A stretch of DNA of 64,000 nucleotides from an uncultured Gemmatimonadaceae bacterium. Lineage in GTDB: Bacteria; Gemmatimonadota; Gemmatimonadetes; Gemmatimonadales; Gemmatimonadaceae. This document shows, one piece after another, positions 63,199-64,000 of the stretch (position 1 is its first letter; every line of letters begins with the position of its first letter). The notes below the pieces were generated by a model. It saw only the letters and a program-made list of their open reading frames with translations, searched no databases and had not been told where the DNA came from. A program made the position numbers and the translations under genes. The stretch lies in NCBI GenBank assembly GCA_963829055.1, contig CAWHHI010000020.1:352001-416000 (forward strand). The letters are read 5' to 3'.

Positions 63199-64000
63199 GT
63201 GCACATCAAACTGGCGGGCCTTTGCCTCGCGTTAGGCGCCGGAGTGGCCGAGGCGCAAAAAACCGATTCAGTTTGGATCCGCAACGGAGACCGGATCACC
63301 GGCGAGGTGAAGTCGCTCTCCCGGGCACTGCTCAAGTATTCCACCGATGACCTTGGCACGATTTACATCGAGTGGGACAAGGTCGCTCGAATCAGCAGCC
63401 CGGCCACGTACGAGGTGCAACTGAGCTCGGGGCAGAAGTACTTCGGAACCCTCGGGTTGTCTCGCGAAGGTACGTTGGTGATCGGCGTCGACACGCTTTC
63501 CCTGGTCGACATCGTGACGATCACGCCGATCAAGGGACAGCTGCTCTCACGCATTGACGGCTACCTGGATCTCGGATTCTCCTACCAGAAGGCCAACAAG
63601 ACGGTCCAGCTCACGAGCTCGGCGAGGGTCGTGTACCGGGGACCGCTCGCGGAGACCACCTTCGATATCACCACGTTCCGTGAGGATCGGGAAGACGCGG
63701 AGGAGACCGCACGACTCTCGACCAGCCTCACCGAGCGGTTGCTGCTCCCGGACCGCTGGAACACGGGGTTCGTTCTTGGCTACGACAGAAACGAAGAGCT
63801 GGATCTGGCGGGGCGCGGACGGCTCGTCGGTTTCGGAGGCCGGTCGCTCAACCGATCCAACCACATCGACGCCCGGGCCAGCGCAGGCCTCGTGCTCACG
63901 CGCGAGCGATACTTCTCCGTTGATTCGACGTCCACCGGCGTCGAGGGACTCGTCGGGATCTGGTTCGCCGCGTTTCGCTACGATCGTCCCAAGCTCGATG
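63199..64000 (+). CDS. DUF481-like outer-membrane beta-barrel protein, partial
   Basis: Open frame to the window edge: AQKTDSVWIRNGDRITGEVKSL...IDGYLDLGFSYQKAN. Confidence 0.72.
   Translation, partial: MHIKLAGLCLALGAGVAEAQKTDSVWIRNGDRITGEVKSLSRALLKYSTDDLGTIYIEWDKVARISSPATYEVQLSSGQKYFGTLGLSREGTLVIGVDTLSLVDIVTITPIKGQLLSRIDGYLDLGFSYQKANKTVQLTSSARVVYRGPLAETTFDITTFREDREDAEETARLSTSLTERLLLPDRWNTGFVLGYDRNEELDLAGRGRLVGFGGRSLNRSNHIDARASAGLVLTRERYFSVDSTSTGVEGLVGIWFAAFRYDRPKLD

Noticed and set aside
4120..63237. GCCTAACG as a KOPS-like strictly polar motif
   Set aside because: The 32:19 orientation ratio is only mildly skewed; not excluded without the full replichore, but not supported here.
22..63864. 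Numerous long Arg/Ala/Pro-rich ORFs overlapping called genes (e.g. 22..804, 5282..6649, 19165..20727)
   Set aside because: Antisense or alternate-frame shadows typical of high-GC DNA, with no recognisable motifs.

Overview
High-GC (roughly two-thirds G+C) bacterial chromosomal window. Gene content and protein style suggest Gemmatimonadota (inference). No rRNA, tRNA, CRISPR array, integrase or transposase was seen. Many genes carry single frameshifts, most simply explained as long-read consensus errors. Four blocks: (1) 1-11.3 kb: FixL-like PAS kinase, NarL-type pair, Tat two-domain multicopper oxidase, YceI, USP, NDH-2-like flavoprotein, Gly-rich cold-shock protein and palindromic intergenic repeats. 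(2) 11.4-31.8 kb: four epoxide hydrolases, three other alpha/beta hydrolases, cupin, MsrA and two thioredoxin-fold proteins around a multi-PAS kinase/FixJ-NodW system and a beta-propeller kinase/NarL system. (3) 32-52.6 kb: L,D-transpeptidase, three MASE1 kinases with receivers, a large PLD-family protein, a formylglycine-generating enzyme, and an ATP/ADP-translocase-like transporter coupled to a secreted kinase-fold protein. (4) 52.8-64 kb: TamB/TamA, another Omp85 protein and outer-membrane or periplasmic proteins. Main observations: a non-palindromic octamer GCCTAACG iterated about once per 1.25 kb in both orientations and forcing rare codons; a possible periplasmic ATP-supply/protein-phosphorylation module; two families of 6-4-6 operators outlining two regulons; and internal SD+start codons just after the signal peptides of the epoxide hydrolases.
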